A DNA stretch of 58,897 bases from an uncultured Planctomycetia bacterium (lineage in GTDB: Bacteria > Omnitrophota > Gorgyraeia > 2-02-FULL-51-18 > CAYJSE01), in assembly GCA_964372765.1 (NCBI GenBank), contig CAYJSE010000004.1:1-58897 (forward strand), read 5' to 3'. Position 1 is the stretch's first letter. Each line of letters starts with the position of its first letter. The translations under genes and the position numbers were made by a program. Shown here one piece after another: positions 27,527 to 36,008 of this stretch. The notes under the pieces were generated by a model that worked only from the letters and a program-made list of their open reading frames with translations, was not told the origin of the DNA and searched no databases.

Positions 27527-27766
27527 ATGGATAAGCTGGTTTGTAGCTTTCAGAAGAATAAGTTCGAAGAGGTGCGCGTGCAGGTGAAAGAATTTAAAGG
27601 TTACGATCTTTTGGATATCCGTGTGTATACGGCTCCGAAAGAAGGCGACGAAAAGATCCCGACCGGCAAAGGACTCTCGATCAACGTCTCGCACTTTATG
27701 GATCTTAAGAAATCCATCCTCGAAGCGGAGAAAGTTTTGAGGGAGAACAATTTACTGAATGAGTAA
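27527..27766 (+). CDS. PC4/YdbC-like small ssDNA-binding protein
   Basis: EEVRVQVKEFKGYDLLDIRVYTAP......PTGKGLSINVSHFMDLKKSI matches the bacterial PC4 (transcriptional coactivator p15-like) pattern. Start placed at ATG 27527, 8 nt after GAGG. GTG 27518 is an alternative. Confidence 0.6.
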   Translation: MDKLVCSFQKNKFEEVRVQVKEFKGYDLLDIRVYTAPKEGDEKIPTGKGLSINVSHFMDLKKSILEAEKVLRENNLLNE

Positions 27767-28568
27767 GCTGATCGAAACATTACAGCATACCGAAGATAAA
27801 AAGCCCACGCCCGTTAATTCCCAAAAAACAAGCTACGAACTGACCCAAGAACAACTCGCCGATGTTTACTTTTCCGGCGGCGGCAAAACCAAAAAAGAAG
27901 ACTCGCCGCTGGTGATCAAAGTGATCGAGAAGACTCGGGCGCCCGTGAGCGTGCTGCCGTGGCTTATCGCATCGATGGCGTTTTTACTTTTGGCCTTAAG
28001 TCTTTTTACGACGAAGCGGATTTTCGTGGATATCAAGGTGATCGACGACAAGATCTTGATGGCGGGACAGGAAGATTCAGGCGTTGCGTCCGAAGAGATG
28101 GCCGGTTATGAAACACAAATCCCGTCCAGTTTCCTGCCGCTCGACCGCGTGCGCTTCTTTGGCGCCGCGCAGATCAAAAGCATGGCGAATGAAAAAATGT
28201 TGACGCTTGTGAATAGCTCGGTGGCCAATTTCGCGCGCGCTGACTACGAGTTTAGGCCCTACCGGGATTTTGAGGGCAAAAGAATCGTGTTTTACGCGCG
28301 CGGCCAAAATGGCGGCGAAACCTTCGCGTTTTCCTTACGCGACCGCGAGAACGTGCCGGCGTTTAGGCGCAGCAAGCTATTTCCGTTTGAGAATGGTCTG
28401 ACGACGCACTGGCAAAAAGCCGAGATTGTGTTGACGGACGCGGATACTGTCAAAGAGTTTGACCCAAAGAGTGTGGCGATGCTGCGCTTTGATTTTGGTT
28501 CCAAAGATACCTCCAACCGCAACGGTGATACGATTTTCATCAAAGACGTGGAAATCCTGCCGGTATGA
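27759..28568 (+). CDS. Single-pass membrane protein with a C-terminal CBM/galactose-binding-like beta-sandwich (hypothetical)
   Basis: About 60 aa of charged N-terminus, a TM helix (VLPWLIASMAFLLLALSLF), then about 180 aa ending WQKAEIVL....V..FDP..V..LRFDFG......G.TIFIKDVEI, typical of CBM11/CIA30-like modules. It overlaps its neighbours by 8 nt upstream and 4 nt downstream. Confidence 0.45.
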   Translation: MSKLIETLQHTEDKKPTPVNSQKTSYELTQEQLADVYFSGGGKTKKEDSPLVIKVIEKTRAPVSVLPWLIASMAFLLLALSLFTTKRIFVDIKVIDDKILMAGQEDSGVASEEMAGYETQIPSSFLPLDRVRFFGAAQIKSMANEKMLTLVNSSVANFARADYEFRPYRDFEGKRIVFYARGQNGGETFAFSLRDRENVPAFRRSKLFPFENGLTTHWQKAEIVLTDADTVKEFDPKSVAMLRFDFGSKDTSNRNGDTIFIKDVEILPV

Positions 28569-29650
28569 ACGTCATCGCGTTTTCCAATCAAAAGGGCGGT
28601 TGCGGCAAGACCACCACCGCGATCAACGTCGCCGCGTCGCTGGCAGCGCTCGGCCAACGCACACTGCTGGTGGATCTCGATCCGCAGGCACACGCGACCT
28701 TTGGCCTGGGAATTCGCAGCGATAAGCTCGAGTACACGATGTACAACGTGATGACGCAAGGGACCGACAAGCGTTGTTTTTTAGAGCGCGCGATTCTTCC
28801 GCTCGATACGAACCTTGATCTTGCGCCCTCGCACATCCTTTTAAGCACGATCGAGCAGGAGTTTGCCCATAAAGACGAGTCGGTATCCAAACTTCACGAG
28901 GTGTTGGGCAGTCTAACATTCCCTTACGATTATGTGCTCATCGACTGTCCGCCGAGTCTTGGTTTTCTCACGTTCAACGCGCTTCGCGTGTCCGACACCG
29001 TGATCGTGCCGATCGAGCTTAGCTCGTTTTCGCTGATGGGAGTGAGTAAGCTGATCAGCATGATTGAGCTCATCCGCGTCAAGATGCAGCATGCGCCTAA
29101 AGTGTTGGCGCTGGCCACGATGGTGGATAAGCGCACGCGATTTTCGCGCTACATGCTGGAGCAGCTGCAGGAGGCGTTTGGAGAGGGTGTATTGTCCAGC
29201 CATGTTCACCGCACCGTGGTGGTCAAAGAATCCCAGGCGAAGGGCGTGCCGCTTTTAAGTTTTAATGCCAAGTGCCAGGGCGCTATCGATCACTTGCTTT
29301 TAACGCAGGAGATCTTAACCAAAGTCGGAGCGGATGTTTCAAAGTCAGAATCCGAAGCGCGTCTCTTGCCGGATCGGCCGGACCGGCGCAGTCTCATGAA
29401 AGAATTTCTACTAAAAGGGCAGGGCGCGCGCGATGTGCACCTTGTGGGCGACTTCAATAACTGGTCGATCAATGAACAGTCGAGGCTTTGGCTCACCGAG
29501 GAAGGCGTCTGGCAGAAACGCGTGATGCTGGATCCCGGCCGTTATCGCTACAAGTACGTGATCGACGGCCTCTGGGTGAATGACCCCGAGAACAATAGCT
29601 TCGAGCCCAATCCCTACGGCGGCGTCGACTCGGTTTTAGACATCGAGTAG
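28565..29650 (+). CDS. ParA/MinD-family ATPase fused to a C-terminal CBM48 (AMPK-beta/glycogen-binding-like) domain
   Basis: Deviant Walker A NQKGGCGKTTTAINVA, LLVDLDPQ, LIDCPPSL. The C-terminal ~85 aa reads VHLVGDFNNWS....RLW..EEGVWQ....LDPGRYRYKYVIDGLWVNDPEN, a CBM48/E-set signature. Confidence 0.8.
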   Translation: MNVIAFSNQKGGCGKTTTAINVAASLAALGQRTLLVDLDPQAHATFGLGIRSDKLEYTMYNVMTQGTDKRCFLERAILPLDTNLDLAPSHILLSTIEQEFAHKDESVSKLHEVLGSLTFPYDYVLIDCPPSLGFLTFNALRVSDTVIVPIELSSFSLMGVSKLISMIELIRVKMQHAPKVLALATMVDKRTRFSRYMLEQLQEAFGEGVLSSHVHRTVVVKESQAKGVPLLSFNAKCQGAIDHLLLTQEILTKVGADVSKSESEARLLPDRPDRRSLMKEFLLKGQGARDVHLVGDFNNWSINEQSRLWLTEEGVWQKRVMLDPGRYRYKYVIDGLWVNDPENNSFEPNPYGGVDSVLDIE

Positions 29651-29662
29651 GCGGCGCGTCCC

Positions 29663-30205
29663 GTGCCTAAGAAACGTCCCTACCGCCTCGTGCGTTCGAA
29701 GAAAATCTATGAGGGGCATGTGATCCGCGTATTTCAGGATCTATTTGTGCCGGATTTTGCCCGCGACAAGGTGTTTAAACGCGATGTCGTGGAGCATAGC
29801 GGCGCTGTTGTCGTGGTTCCGTTCGTGGATAAAAACCACGTTTTACTCGTGCGCCAGTTTCGCTACGCCGTCAAAGAGCATCTTTGGGAAATCCCGGCCG
29901 GCACGCTTGAAAAAGGCGAATCTTGGCTTGGGTGCGCTCGGCGCGAGCTGGAGGAGGAAACGGGATTCAGGGCCCGGCGCTGGAAATATCTCTCGCGGTT
30001 TTACGCGGCGCCCGGTTACTCGAGCGAAGTGATGGCGCTTTACAAAGCGTGGGATTTGCGGTTGTCCGAGACCCATATGGACGAGGACGAATTTATCGAA
30101 ACGAAAGAATTTTCCTTTGAAAAGGCGATGGAGCTTGTGCGGCGGGGAGCCATCCGCGACGCGAAAAGCCTAGTCGGCATTTTGTGGGTGGCGCACCTTG
30201 GTTGA
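29663..30205 (+). CDS. Nudix hydrolase (ADP-ribose pyrophosphatase-like)
   Basis: Nudix box GTLEKGESWLGCARRELEEETGF. GTG start. Confidence 0.85.
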   Translation: MPKKRPYRLVRSKKIYEGHVIRVFQDLFVPDFARDKVFKRDVVEHSGAVVVVPFVDKNHVLLVRQFRYAVKEHLWEIPAGTLEKGESWLGCARRELEEETGFRARRWKYLSRFYAAPGYSSEVMALYKAWDLRLSETHMDEDEFIETKEFSFEKAMELVRRGAIRDAKSLVGILWVAHLG

Positions 30206-31286
30206 CGTGAAGGCTTATCACCGCGCGAAGATCACGGTCTTTTTTTTGGATCTCGGGCTGTATGCGGCGCTTCTTTTTGTTTTGCAGTTCGGGGGGTTTT
30301 CGGCGCGGCTGGCCGCCACCGCTCAAGGCGCGGGCGAATCGGTGATCGCGCAGCGTGCGGCGTACGGGTTTTTATTTTTCACGATCTTTTTTTTGGCGGC
30401 GCTGCCGCTTCGTTTTTACTCAGGGTTCGTTCTCGAGCATGATTTTAAGCTCGCCACCCAGACTCTCGCGGGCTGGTTCCGGGACCAGGCGAAGAAATTT
30501 TTACTCGGGGCCCTCTTTTTTCTTTTGACCCTCGAGTTTTTCTACGCGTTTTTGGATATTTTCCCCGACAATTGGTGGATGACGTGCTCGGTCGGGTGGC
30601 TTTTCTTGATGCTATTTCTATCGCGTATTTTGCCGACGGTTTTGATGCCGATGTTTTACAAAACGCGCCTGCTCGAGCGCGAGGATTTAAAGTCGCGGCT
30701 TTTGGCGCTTTGCGCGCGCTGCGGGGTTCGGGTGCTCGGGATCTACGAGATCGCGTTTTCCAAAAAGACGCGGAAAGCCAATGCCGCGGTGGTGGGCATC
30801 GGTCGCACGCGCCGTGTGGTGCTCGGGGACACACTGATCGAGAACTTTACACCCGAAGAAATCGAGATGGTGATGGCGCATGAGCTGGGGCATCACGTGA
30901 AGCGCCATATCCTGCGATCCACGGTCTTTAATTTTATGAGCACGACACTTGGGTTTTATCTGCTGTACCTTTTAGGTGACGGGCTGGTGGCGGCGTTCGG
31001 AGCCGCGAGTCTTCGGGATCTGACGCTATTTCCAGTGATCGCGTTTTTGGGCTGGGCCGGCGGACTGCTCTGGATGCCTCTGCAAAACGGATTTTCACGC
31101 TGGCAGGAACGGCAAGCGGACCGCTACGCGCTTGAGACAATCCCTTCCAAAGATATTTTTTGCTCCCTCATGAACAAGCTGATGATTCAAAATCTCGCGA
31201 ACCCGGCGCCGGCGCGCTGGGTTGAGTTTCTTTTCTATGATCACCCATCGATTCCCAATCGCATCCGGTTTGCGCAAAGCCTGTAG
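30198..31286 (+). CDS. M48 family (Ste24/HtpX-like) membrane zinc metalloprotease
   Basis: Several N-terminal TM segments and HELGHHVKRH (HExxH). Downstream sequence E.QADRYA is consistent with M48. Confidence 0.85.
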   Translation: MVDVKAYHRAKITVFFLDLGLYAALLFVLQFGGFSARLAATAQGAGESVIAQRAAYGFLFFTIFFLAALPLRFYSGFVLEHDFKLATQTLAGWFRDQAKKFLLGALFFLLTLEFFYAFLDIFPDNWWMTCSVGWLFLMLFLSRILPTVLMPMFYKTRLLEREDLKSRLLALCARCGVRVLGIYEIAFSKKTRKANAAVVGIGRTRRVVLGDTLIENFTPEEIEMVMAHELGHHVKRHILRSTVFNFMSTTLGFYLLYLLGDGLVAAFGAASLRDLTLFPVIAFLGWAGGLLWMPLQNGFSRWQERQADRYALETIPSKDIFCSLMNKLMIQNLANPAPARWVEFLFYDHPSIPNRIRFAQSL

Positions 31287-31743
31287 CGCGGCGCTTCTCG
31301 CGTGCCTGGTTTTAACGACGAGCGCTTTTGCCGGCGAACGCCGGGACACCACGGTCGAGTGGGTGACGGATGGTGATACGTTTCGCACGCGGATGGGGGA
31401 GAAAGTGCGCCTGATCGGCGTCAACACTCCGGAATATCAGCCCAGGCTTAAAAAAATCGATCCCTACGGCAAAGAAGCGAGCGATTTTTTAAAAGTTCTT
31501 TTGCCCGAAGGGCAGGCGGTGACGCTTGAGACGGACGTGGAGCTCAAGGATAAGTATGGCCGCACGCTGGCTTACGTGCATCTGCCGGACGGCCGTTTTG
31601 TGAACCTGTTGCTTGTCCAGTACGGCTTGGCCCGGGTCAAGGCCCACAAGCCCAATATTCGTTATCATTCGGTTTTTAAAAGCGCCGAAAAAGCCGCAAA
31701 GGCTGAAAGGATTGGCTTGTGGGCCGAAAGCCGTGTAAAATAA
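31222..31743 (+). CDS. Secreted thermonuclease (staphylococcal nuclease, SNase) homolog
   Basis: Signal-like N-terminus, then V.WVTDGDTF......KVRLIGVNTPE...YG.EAS.F...L.....V.LE.D....DKYGRTLAYV...G..VN..LV..GLA. ATG 31237 is an alternative start. Confidence 0.85.
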   Translation: MSFFSMITHRFPIASGLRKACSAALLACLVLTTSAFAGERRDTTVEWVTDGDTFRTRMGEKVRLIGVNTPEYQPRLKKIDPYGKEASDFLKVLLPEGQAVTLETDVELKDKYGRTLAYVHLPDGRFVNLLLVQYGLARVKAHKPNIRYHSVFKSAEKAAKAERIGLWAESRVK

Positions 31744-31752
31744 TGGTCCAAG

Positions 31753-32358
31753 ATGATTAAAGAGGCTAAAATCGCATCCGTGGTGTCGCTTTTTCCGCTG
31801 CCTCAATACGTTGTGGTGCTGGAGGACGTGGATAAAACGCGTCTAGTGCCGATCTGGATCGGTGTCAGCGAGGGCGCCGCGATCGCGCTCGAGATGCAGG
31901 GCGAGAAGTTTCCGCGGCCGCTTACGCATGACCTGATGGTCGGCATTTTCCATGCGCTCGGTGTGCAGATCGAGAAAGTGGTTGTGAGCGACCTGAAAGA
32001 CAATAGCTACTACGCGATTATCTATCTCAAGGCGGGCGGCAAAAGCTATAGCATTGACGCGCGTCCCTCCGACTCGCTGGCGCTCGCGGTGCGCGTGCAT
32101 TGCCCGATCTATATCGACGAGAAGGTGCTTCAAAAGTGTCCCCCGATTGAGCGGCCGATCACCCAATCCGAGATCGAAAAATTTAAAGACGAACTAAAAA
32201 CAATCACGCCGGAAGAGTTTTTCAAAACGCTGGAAAAGGAGCCCGGTCCCAAAGAGCCCGATATTCAAAAGGGCAACCCTTGGGAACCTCCCGGCGAAGA
32301 GAGCGACGAGGATGAGGATGACGAAGATGAGGGCCCGGAAGGTGAGAAAGAGAAATAG
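31753..32358 (+). CDS. Bifunctional nuclease family protein (BFN/DUF151) with an acidic C-terminal tail
   Basis: VPIWIGVSEGAAIALEMQGEKFPRPLTHDLM...YYAIIYL...IDARPSDSLALAVR...PIYI..KVL. Confidence 0.8.
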   Translation: MIKEAKIASVVSLFPLPQYVVVLEDVDKTRLVPIWIGVSEGAAIALEMQGEKFPRPLTHDLMVGIFHALGVQIEKVVVSDLKDNSYYAIIYLKAGGKSYSIDARPSDSLALAVRVHCPIYIDEKVLQKCPPIERPITQSEIEKFKDELKTITPEEFFKTLEKEPGPKEPDIQKGNPWEPPGEESDEDEDDEDEGPEGEKEK

Positions 32359-32361
32359 CGC

Positions 32362-33987
32362 TTGAAACTCCAGGAGCCGGTTCTCCAGACGCCTGTGATG
32401 CTGTTGCGCGAGCAGGCGCTTTTTCTGTCCCCGATCTCTCAGGAAATCGCGGACGCTTGGGCGGAGCTGTACTTAAGCGTCTTTGGCCGCCGCGCATTTT
32501 TTTCCGAGACGCGCGTGCGCCGTATTTTCAAAGAACTCGTCGATATCTTTGTCGGTTGCCTGAAGGAAGGCGCGATCGATGTTTATTTCCAGAACTTAAA
32601 AGAGCGCGGGGAAGTATTTTGCCGGCTCGGCGTGCCGTTTGAGGAAGTGATCATCTCGCTGCATCTTTTTGAAGAAGTGTGCGTGCGGGAACTTCTGGCC
32701 AATTTCCAGGATCGCTCAAAGCTGGCGGACTTTATCATCGCGATGGAAGAGCTGCACAGTGAAGGCTTGGCGACGTTCGCGGGCAGTTACTTTGACACGT
32801 TTAAGACCGAGATCGAAAAATCAGGCCAGGCGATGCACGAGGAGAACCAGGGACTGCGCGAGGAAGTCCTGCAACTTAAAAACTCGATGTTCGCCCGCAC
32901 CGCTAAAGAACTCGGCTCCATGCAACTGCTTCTATCGGGAATCAACCACAAACTACGCAAGCGTGTGTATCAGCTGAGCCGGCTGCACAAGATCCAGGAC
33001 GCGCTGGACAACGAAAGTCATCTGCCGGTTTTAATGAAAGTGGCGACGTTGCAATTTCTGGAACTGTGCCCGCCGAACACCGAGGTATTTTTTGGGCTTT
33101 TGGACGAAACCCGCCAGCAGATGGACATCCATTTTCTACCGGCCAAAACCGCGCCCGAGTGCCAGATCGCGAAGACGATTTATTTTTCCGAGCTTTCTAA
33201 AATTTGTCAGGACGCGCTGTACGACGAGACGAAAAAATATCTCTGCCTCAAAGGTTTCGGCGAGATGCCCGAGAGTATCGTGGAACTCGTGCGCAGCCGC
33301 AACTTGCGCGAGTTTTTATGGGTGCCGATCCGCCGTTACGGCGAGCGGTTCGGGTTTGTTCTCCTGTGCGCCGAAGCGGCTGACTTTTTCACGAAACAAG
33401 ACGCAAAATTTTATCAACGTATCGGTCAGGTTGTGTCGCGGGCGCTTTTTAACGTGATTGTGTACACCAAAATCAAAAGACATGATGAGTTTGTTTCGCT
33501 TTTAGGCATGCTCGATAAAAAGATTGACCGGCGGGAAGAGCTGGAGGGAACGCTCGATTTTTGTCTAGGCTCTCTCATTCGCATCTTGGGCGCGGAGAGA
33601 GCGTCGGTGATGGTGTATGACGCGGCCAAAGAAGAGCTTCGCGTGTGCGCGGCCAAAGGTTTCAAGGTGTACCCGATTTCGGGGTTGTCGATCCGGTGGG
33701 GAGAGGGCGTGGCGGGTGTCGCGCTCAAAGAATCCAAGATCGTCTCCATCAATCGCCTGAAAGAGCACCCGAAGCCCGTGACGCTGGTCGACCGCGTGCG
33801 CCGTGAAAAGTCGAGTGAGCTAAAAGTGAAATCACTTCTATGTCTACCGCTGGTCGAAGAATCCAGGCCGCTCGGCGTCGTCAATATCTCGACGATCAGT
33901 TTCTACCGGCGTTTTGAGCCCTCCGAGATCGATATGGCCCACCAGATTTCCAGGCGACTATGCGGGATATTAAAAAATATCGACTGA
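32362..33987 (+). CDS. Sensor-type protein: N-terminal helical (globin-coupled-sensor-like?) domain, coiled coil, two GAF-like domains, no recognisable output domain
   Basis: GAF signature in the C-terminal part: ILGAERASVMVYD...EELRVCAAKG......GEGVAGVAL...I.SIN...LCLPL.....PLGVVNI. TTG start. The N-terminal domain assignment is tentative. Confidence 0.55.
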   Translation: MKLQEPVLQTPVMLLREQALFLSPISQEIADAWAELYLSVFGRRAFFSETRVRRIFKELVDIFVGCLKEGAIDVYFQNLKERGEVFCRLGVPFEEVIISLHLFEEVCVRELLANFQDRSKLADFIIAMEELHSEGLATFAGSYFDTFKTEIEKSGQAMHEENQGLREEVLQLKNSMFARTAKELGSMQLLLSGINHKLRKRVYQLSRLHKIQDALDNESHLPVLMKVATLQFLELCPPNTEVFFGLLDETRQQMDIHFLPAKTAPECQIAKTIYFSELSKICQDALYDETKKYLCLKGFGEMPESIVELVRSRNLREFLWVPIRRYGERFGFVLLCAEAADFFTKQDAKFYQRIGQVVSRALFNVIVYTKIKRHDEFVSLLGMLDKKIDRREELEGTLDFCLGSLIRILGAERASVMVYDAAKEELRVCAAKGFKVYPISGLSIRWGEGVAGVALKESKIVSINRLKEHPKPVTLVDRVRREKSSELKVKSLLCLPLVEESRPLGVVNISTISFYRRFEPSEIDMAHQISRRLCGILKNID

Positions 33988-35990
33988 ACAGTGACGCGGG
34001 GACAGCGTCATTCAAGATTGCCTACGCCGAGGAACTGAACCCGTCTCAGTACGCGGTCGTGACTTCCGGAGAAGGGCCGTCGCTTGTGTTGGCGGGCGCG
34101 GGATCCGGAAAGACGCGTACGCTGATCTACCGCGTCGCGTATCTTTTAGAAAAGGGCGTGCGGCCGGAGGAAATACTTTTAGTCACGTTCACGAACAAGG
34201 CCGCGCAGGAGATGCGTAAGCGCATCGAACTGCTTTTGAAGTCCGAGACGCGGGGGCTCTGGTGTGGCACGTTTCATCACGTGGGGAACCGGATCTTGCG
34301 CATGTACGGGCAAGCCGCGGGACTGCCGCCGGATTTTGGCATTTTAGACGACGAGGACAGCCGGGATCTCGTGAAAAACTGCCTACGCGCTCTGGAGCTC
34401 AAGTCCTCCGGCGCGGGTTTTCCGAAGCCCGGCGTGGTGCAGTCTATTTTGAGCTACGCGGTGAACGCCAAGAAAAGTCTCGAGGACGCGATTTTTTCCC
34501 ATAGCCCGTACCTCTCGCAGTGGACGCGCGAGTTTCAGAAAATCCAGGCGCTCTACGAGGAAAAAAAGCGCAAAACCAACAACCTCGACTACGACGACCT
34601 TCTCGTGCGCTGGATCGAGCTGCTTCAAAAATCTCCGGCCGTGCGCGAGCGGCTCACGCGTCAGTTTCGGCATCTCATGGTGGACGAATATCAGGATACG
34701 AATCGTCTGCAGCATGAACTGATCCGCATTTTGTCCACGCATCACCGGAACGTGCTGGTGGTGGGTGATGACGCGCAGTCCATTTATTCATTTCGGGCGG
34801 CCGAGATCAAAAATATTTTGGAGTTTCCGGACGATTTCCCGGGCACTCAGACGTTTAAACTCGAGACTAACTACCGTTCCAGCGACGGAATCTTAGAGCT
34901 GGCGAACGCGAGTATCCGCAACAACGTGCATCAGTTTCCGAAAACGCTGAAGGGCGTGAAAGGCGCGGGAGTGGCGCCGGCGTACGTGCGCGTGCGTGAC
35001 GGACGGCAGGAAGCGCGTTTTGTGGCGCAGAGGGTCCTGGAATTTCGGGATGGCGGCGTAAGATTTCCGGAGATCGCCGTGCTTTTTCGAGCGCGTTTTC
35101 AGGCCGCGGAGCTGGAGCTGGAGCTCGCCAAGCGCGGCGTGCCGTACGTGATCCGCGGGGGTGTCCGATTTTTCGAGCAGGCGCATATCAAGGATGTGGT
35201 GGCTTTTTTAAGAATCTTGGTCAATCCGCTGGATGAGATCTCATGGACGCGCGCGCTTTTGCTGCAAAACGGCGTGGGCGCGGGCTACGCCGAAAAGATC
35301 TTTGGGTGGTTTGCGGCCGCTGGGGCGTCGCTTGAAAAATCGGTGGAGCCCGCTTTCGGGGAGTCGCTGCCGCCGAGAGCGAAGGAAGGCCTGGCGAACT
35401 TTAAGCGCATTTTGAAGACGCTGTTGCGTCCCGAGGTCCGAAATCACCCGGGCGCTTTGATCGAGGAGATTGTCGATAAGTGGTATCGGAAGTTTGCGCT
35501 TTTAAATTTTGAAAACGCCCAAGATCGCATCGAGGATTTAAGAGAGCTTGTGAATTTCGCGCATACCTATCAAGAAGTGAAAGATTTCCTGGCGGACGTG
35601 ACACTGCGGGAGGGATTTAAAGGCGAGAGCGTGGTCGAGGGAGGGCCGACCGAGGCCACAGAGATGCTGCTTCTATCGACGATTCACCAGGCGAAGGGTC
35701 TCGAGTGGAAAGCGGTGTTTGTGATCGGGCTTTCGGAAGGCCAGTTTCCGCACGCGCGATCGATGGAGGATCCCGAAGAGCTGGAGGAAGAGCGGCGGCT
35801 TTTCTACGTGGCTGTGACGCGCGCGAAAGAAGAGCTCATCCTCGTGCATCCGATGACGCGTTATGACTACAGCGAAGGCATGGTGATTCAACGTCCCTCG
35901 GTTTTCATCGAGGAGCTTCCGTCCGGCACCTATGAAGAGGTGGAGATTGAAGAAGCCCAAACCGAAGCGAAGACAATCTATTTGGATTAG
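33960..35990 (+). CDS. ATP-dependent DNA helicase, UvrD/PcrA/Rep family
   Basis: LNPSQY.AV....GP.LVLAGAGSGKTRTL..R.AYL; TFTNKAA.EM..R; VDEYQDTN; VGDD.QSIYSFR.A; NYRS; T.H.AKGLEW..VF; RRLFYVA.TRA. It overlaps the upstream gene by 28 nt. Confidence 0.9.
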   Translation: MRDIKKYRLNSDAGTASFKIAYAEELNPSQYAVVTSGEGPSLVLAGAGSGKTRTLIYRVAYLLEKGVRPEEILLVTFTNKAAQEMRKRIELLLKSETRGLWCGTFHHVGNRILRMYGQAAGLPPDFGILDDEDSRDLVKNCLRALELKSSGAGFPKPGVVQSILSYAVNAKKSLEDAIFSHSPYLSQWTREFQKIQALYEEKKRKTNNLDYDDLLVRWIELLQKSPAVRERLTRQFRHLMVDEYQDTNRLQHELIRILSTHHRNVLVVGDDAQSIYSFRAAEIKNILEFPDDFPGTQTFKLETNYRSSDGILELANASIRNNVHQFPKTLKGVKGAGVAPAYVRVRDGRQEARFVAQRVLEFRDGGVRFPEIAVLFRARFQAAELELELAKRGVPYVIRGGVRFFEQAHIKDVVAFLRILVNPLDEISWTRALLLQNGVGAGYAEKIFGWFAAAGASLEKSVEPAFGESLPPRAKEGLANFKRILKTLLRPEVRNHPGALIEEIVDKWYRKFALLNFENAQDRIEDLRELVNFAHTYQEVKDFLADVTLREGFKGESVVEGGPTEATEMLLLSTIHQAKGLEWKAVFVIGLSEGQFPHARSMEDPEELEEERRLFYVAVTRAKEELILVHPMTRYDYSEGMVIQRPSVFIEELPSGTYEEVEIEEAQTEAKTIYLD

Positions 35991-36008
35991 AATGGAATTT
36001 AAATTAAA

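Noticed and set aside
29663-35990. Nudix, M48 protease, SNase, BFN nuclease, GAF sensor and UvrD-like helicase considered as a possible defence island.
   Set aside because: Each protein looks like a standard housekeeping family member: a full-length PcrA/UvrD with all helicase motifs, secreted SNase, and DUF151. There are no known defence signatures or mobility genes, and adjacency alone is insufficient evidence.
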